From Felis catus (Eukaryota), in NCBI RefSeq assembly GCF_018350175.1, contig NC_058368.1, positions 128,466,001 to 128,530,000 of the forward strand: 64,000 nt of DNA. The letters run 5' to 3'. The notes beneath the pieces were generated by a model. That model saw only the letters and a list, made by a program, of their open reading frames with translations, was not told the DNA's origin and did no database searches. Positions 62,259 to 64,000 of the stretch are shown here, piece by piece; the stretch's first letter is position 1, and each line of letters begins with the position of its first letter. A program made the translations under genes and the position numbers.

Positions 62259-62589
62259 TAAATATGAGCAGCCTTCACTGTCCCTGTTCTGTCATTTGAT
62301 TATAATAAACAAAAAAATCACAAAGGTGTTATTAAGACAAAACCCAGAAAGCTGGGACAGGAAGGAGGACAGGCTGTATTTAAATGAGGAGCTACTAGTC
62401 AACCCTCTTTTTCTAGTTTTCTCTTCTACCACTGACCCAGAAAGTCTAAATCAGGTTTTTCTTTGTGATTGCACTTATGCCCTCACCAAAGTACCATATG
62501 ATATCAGAACTCTACTGTCTCATGTACCCTCTAAAATAGCAATCCACAGAGTCAATATGCAAAGTGGGAAGAAGCTAAACATTGTAATT

Positions 62590-63500
62590 TTACTTGGGTT
62601 CAAATCCTGGCTGCATACTTCCAACAGTGTATACTGAGTACCTTTCTTCACTCTCCTGCACTCATGTATACTATGAGAATTATGGTGCAGATCTTGCCAG
62701 CTTCGGAGGATTCATGAGCAAATGCATGAAAAGTGCTTTGCTGCAACTATTACTGATACCTAAAAGATGCCAAAACGTTTCATCTCGTAACTGTCAATAA
62801 AAGATTTAAAACTGAACTGCAAGATTGGGTATTTTATAAACATGCAGCACAAGGACACCGATGAAAGCTTACTTTCTGTTCCAAAATTGTTATGCAAACA
62901 GAACATAAGCAAGATATCAAGCGGAAACAATGTTGGTGGCTGTCCTTTCCAAAGAGAAATGAGCTACGAGATAGCAATCAGGTAGAGAAGAGAGATAAAG
63001 CCTCCAACAGGGGGAGGAGGAGAGCTTTCAGAAAGGTGAAGTTGCAAATGCCAGAGGGATGCTTTTAAAATTCAAATGTGAACAGGTCCCTCACTTCCTT
63101 GAACATTTTCAATGGCTCCCCACTGATTTTAGGATAAACTCCAAATCCTTCAGGTCCAACAAGGCTCTTAGCAACCTCACCTCACCTCATACACTCCTCT
63201 GCAGTTGTTTTATAGTATTTCCAATTTCAGCACAGCATCTGCATTCTCTCAGCCTGAATGTGATTTCCTGCCTTCATCTCATTTCTCTGCTGCCCTAACA
63301 CTCTTCCTTCTTTTAGCTCAGGAGCATGATTTTGTCTGCCGTCCTCCATGTGACTTCTCCAACACTCTGTGTTTCTCACAGTTTTTCACACTGTACTGGA
63401 ACTGTTTGCCTCTCTGCATCTCACACAGACCTGGCCTGGCTTTAGCATTCTGCTGATCACCTTGCCTGACACAAAACTGACGCTCATTTAAATGTTTACT
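62590..63500. mobile_element. MIR (about 62590-62750) and L2 (about 63045-63500) fragments
   Basis: tgggttcaaatcctggct; ttcaatggctccccactgattttaggataaactccaaatcctt; cgctcatttaaatgtttactgaa. Confidence 0.6.
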
Positions 63501-64000
63501 GAACACACAACTTCTGAAACTCCCTACTTAGGGCCAGATTTATCTCTATTACCTTGTATTAGAGAGGACAAAGAAGGTAGGTAGCTGTTGTTTGAGGGCT
63601 GTGAGGCTGCTTCTCAAGAGAGATGAAAATCTGCCTTTCACCTGGCAGACTTATGTTATACGTTATACAGTAACTTAGTGCATCTGAATAATAGCCTGTT
63701 TAGAAATATTTATGATGGTGTGGCTACTTCTATCATTAACTAAATGGATAGTTTTACTTCCCAATGTAATAACATGTGTGCTTTTAATATATTTAAGTAA
63801 ATTAGGAATAATTAGAAATCTCAACTTTTTTTTAGAAGACGAGTCTTATAAAGTGCCAAATTTGCATTAGTTTTCAACTTTTTCATAACTTGTGAGTGGT
63901 CCAAATTGGATGAGTATCTCAGAAACACATGTGAGATACAGTCTGTTCTCAAAATGTATTCATGGCATGCTTCTTTGCATGCTCTATGACGTGTTGTACT

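Larger units (their letters stand above)
1..64000 (-). other. ELOVL7: ELOVL7 gene body (partial); the window is interpreted as entirely intragenic
   Basis: Five in-frame exons join into MAFSDLTSRTVRLYDNWIKDADPRVEDWLLMSSPLPQ...[21 protein letters not shown]. The C-terminal exons (GGLGTFHA...) were not found in 1-4734. No CpG island in the window, so extension of the gene to 64000 is inferred. Confidence 0.8.

Noticed and set aside
1..64000. A novel multi-gene or prokaryote-style system (CRISPR array, operon, defence island)
   Set aside because: The sequence is mammalian intronic DNA with no repeat-spacer array and no intact long ORFs. The recurring approximately 200-bp repeats are dispersed SINEs with TSDs.
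21500..64000. ELOVL7 promoter or non-coding upstream exons
   Set aside because: There is no CpG island. Isolated donor-like motifs (about 24323 and 26948) lack convincing paired acceptors and cannot be supported without transcript data.

Overview
Mammalian genomic DNA, most likely a felid: it carries about 27 Can-SINE/SINEC_Fc-type elements and cat-type L1 3' ends. The whole window appears to lie inside the minus-strand gene ELOVL7 (very-long-chain fatty acid elongase 7). Five coding exons can be read directly: 21362-21425, 11678-11868, 8053-8133, 7135-7191 and 4735-4840. They total 499 nt and encode residues 1-166, including the HxxHH motif. The last coding exons lie left of position 1. No CpG-island promoter or first exon is visible, so it probably lies right of 64000. 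The intron after exon 11678-11868 uses a non-canonical GC donor. The rest is intronic and repeat-rich (SINEs with target-site duplications, L1, L2, MIR, MaLR LTRs, hAT/Mariner MITEs, microsatellites). The most notable non-obvious element is a heavily decayed Gypsy-type LTR retrotransposon relic at about 25.2-27.9 kb. Its integrase domains (zinc finger, core, GPY/F) are recognisable, gag and protease traces are weaker, and RT/RNase H appears to be missing. Also notable: a 110-bp local duplication that ends inside a MADE2-like MITE, and a phase-symmetric 435-nt four-exon block. I found no evidence of a new functional biological system. Repeat family names come from recalled consensus sequences, and repeat boundaries are approximate.
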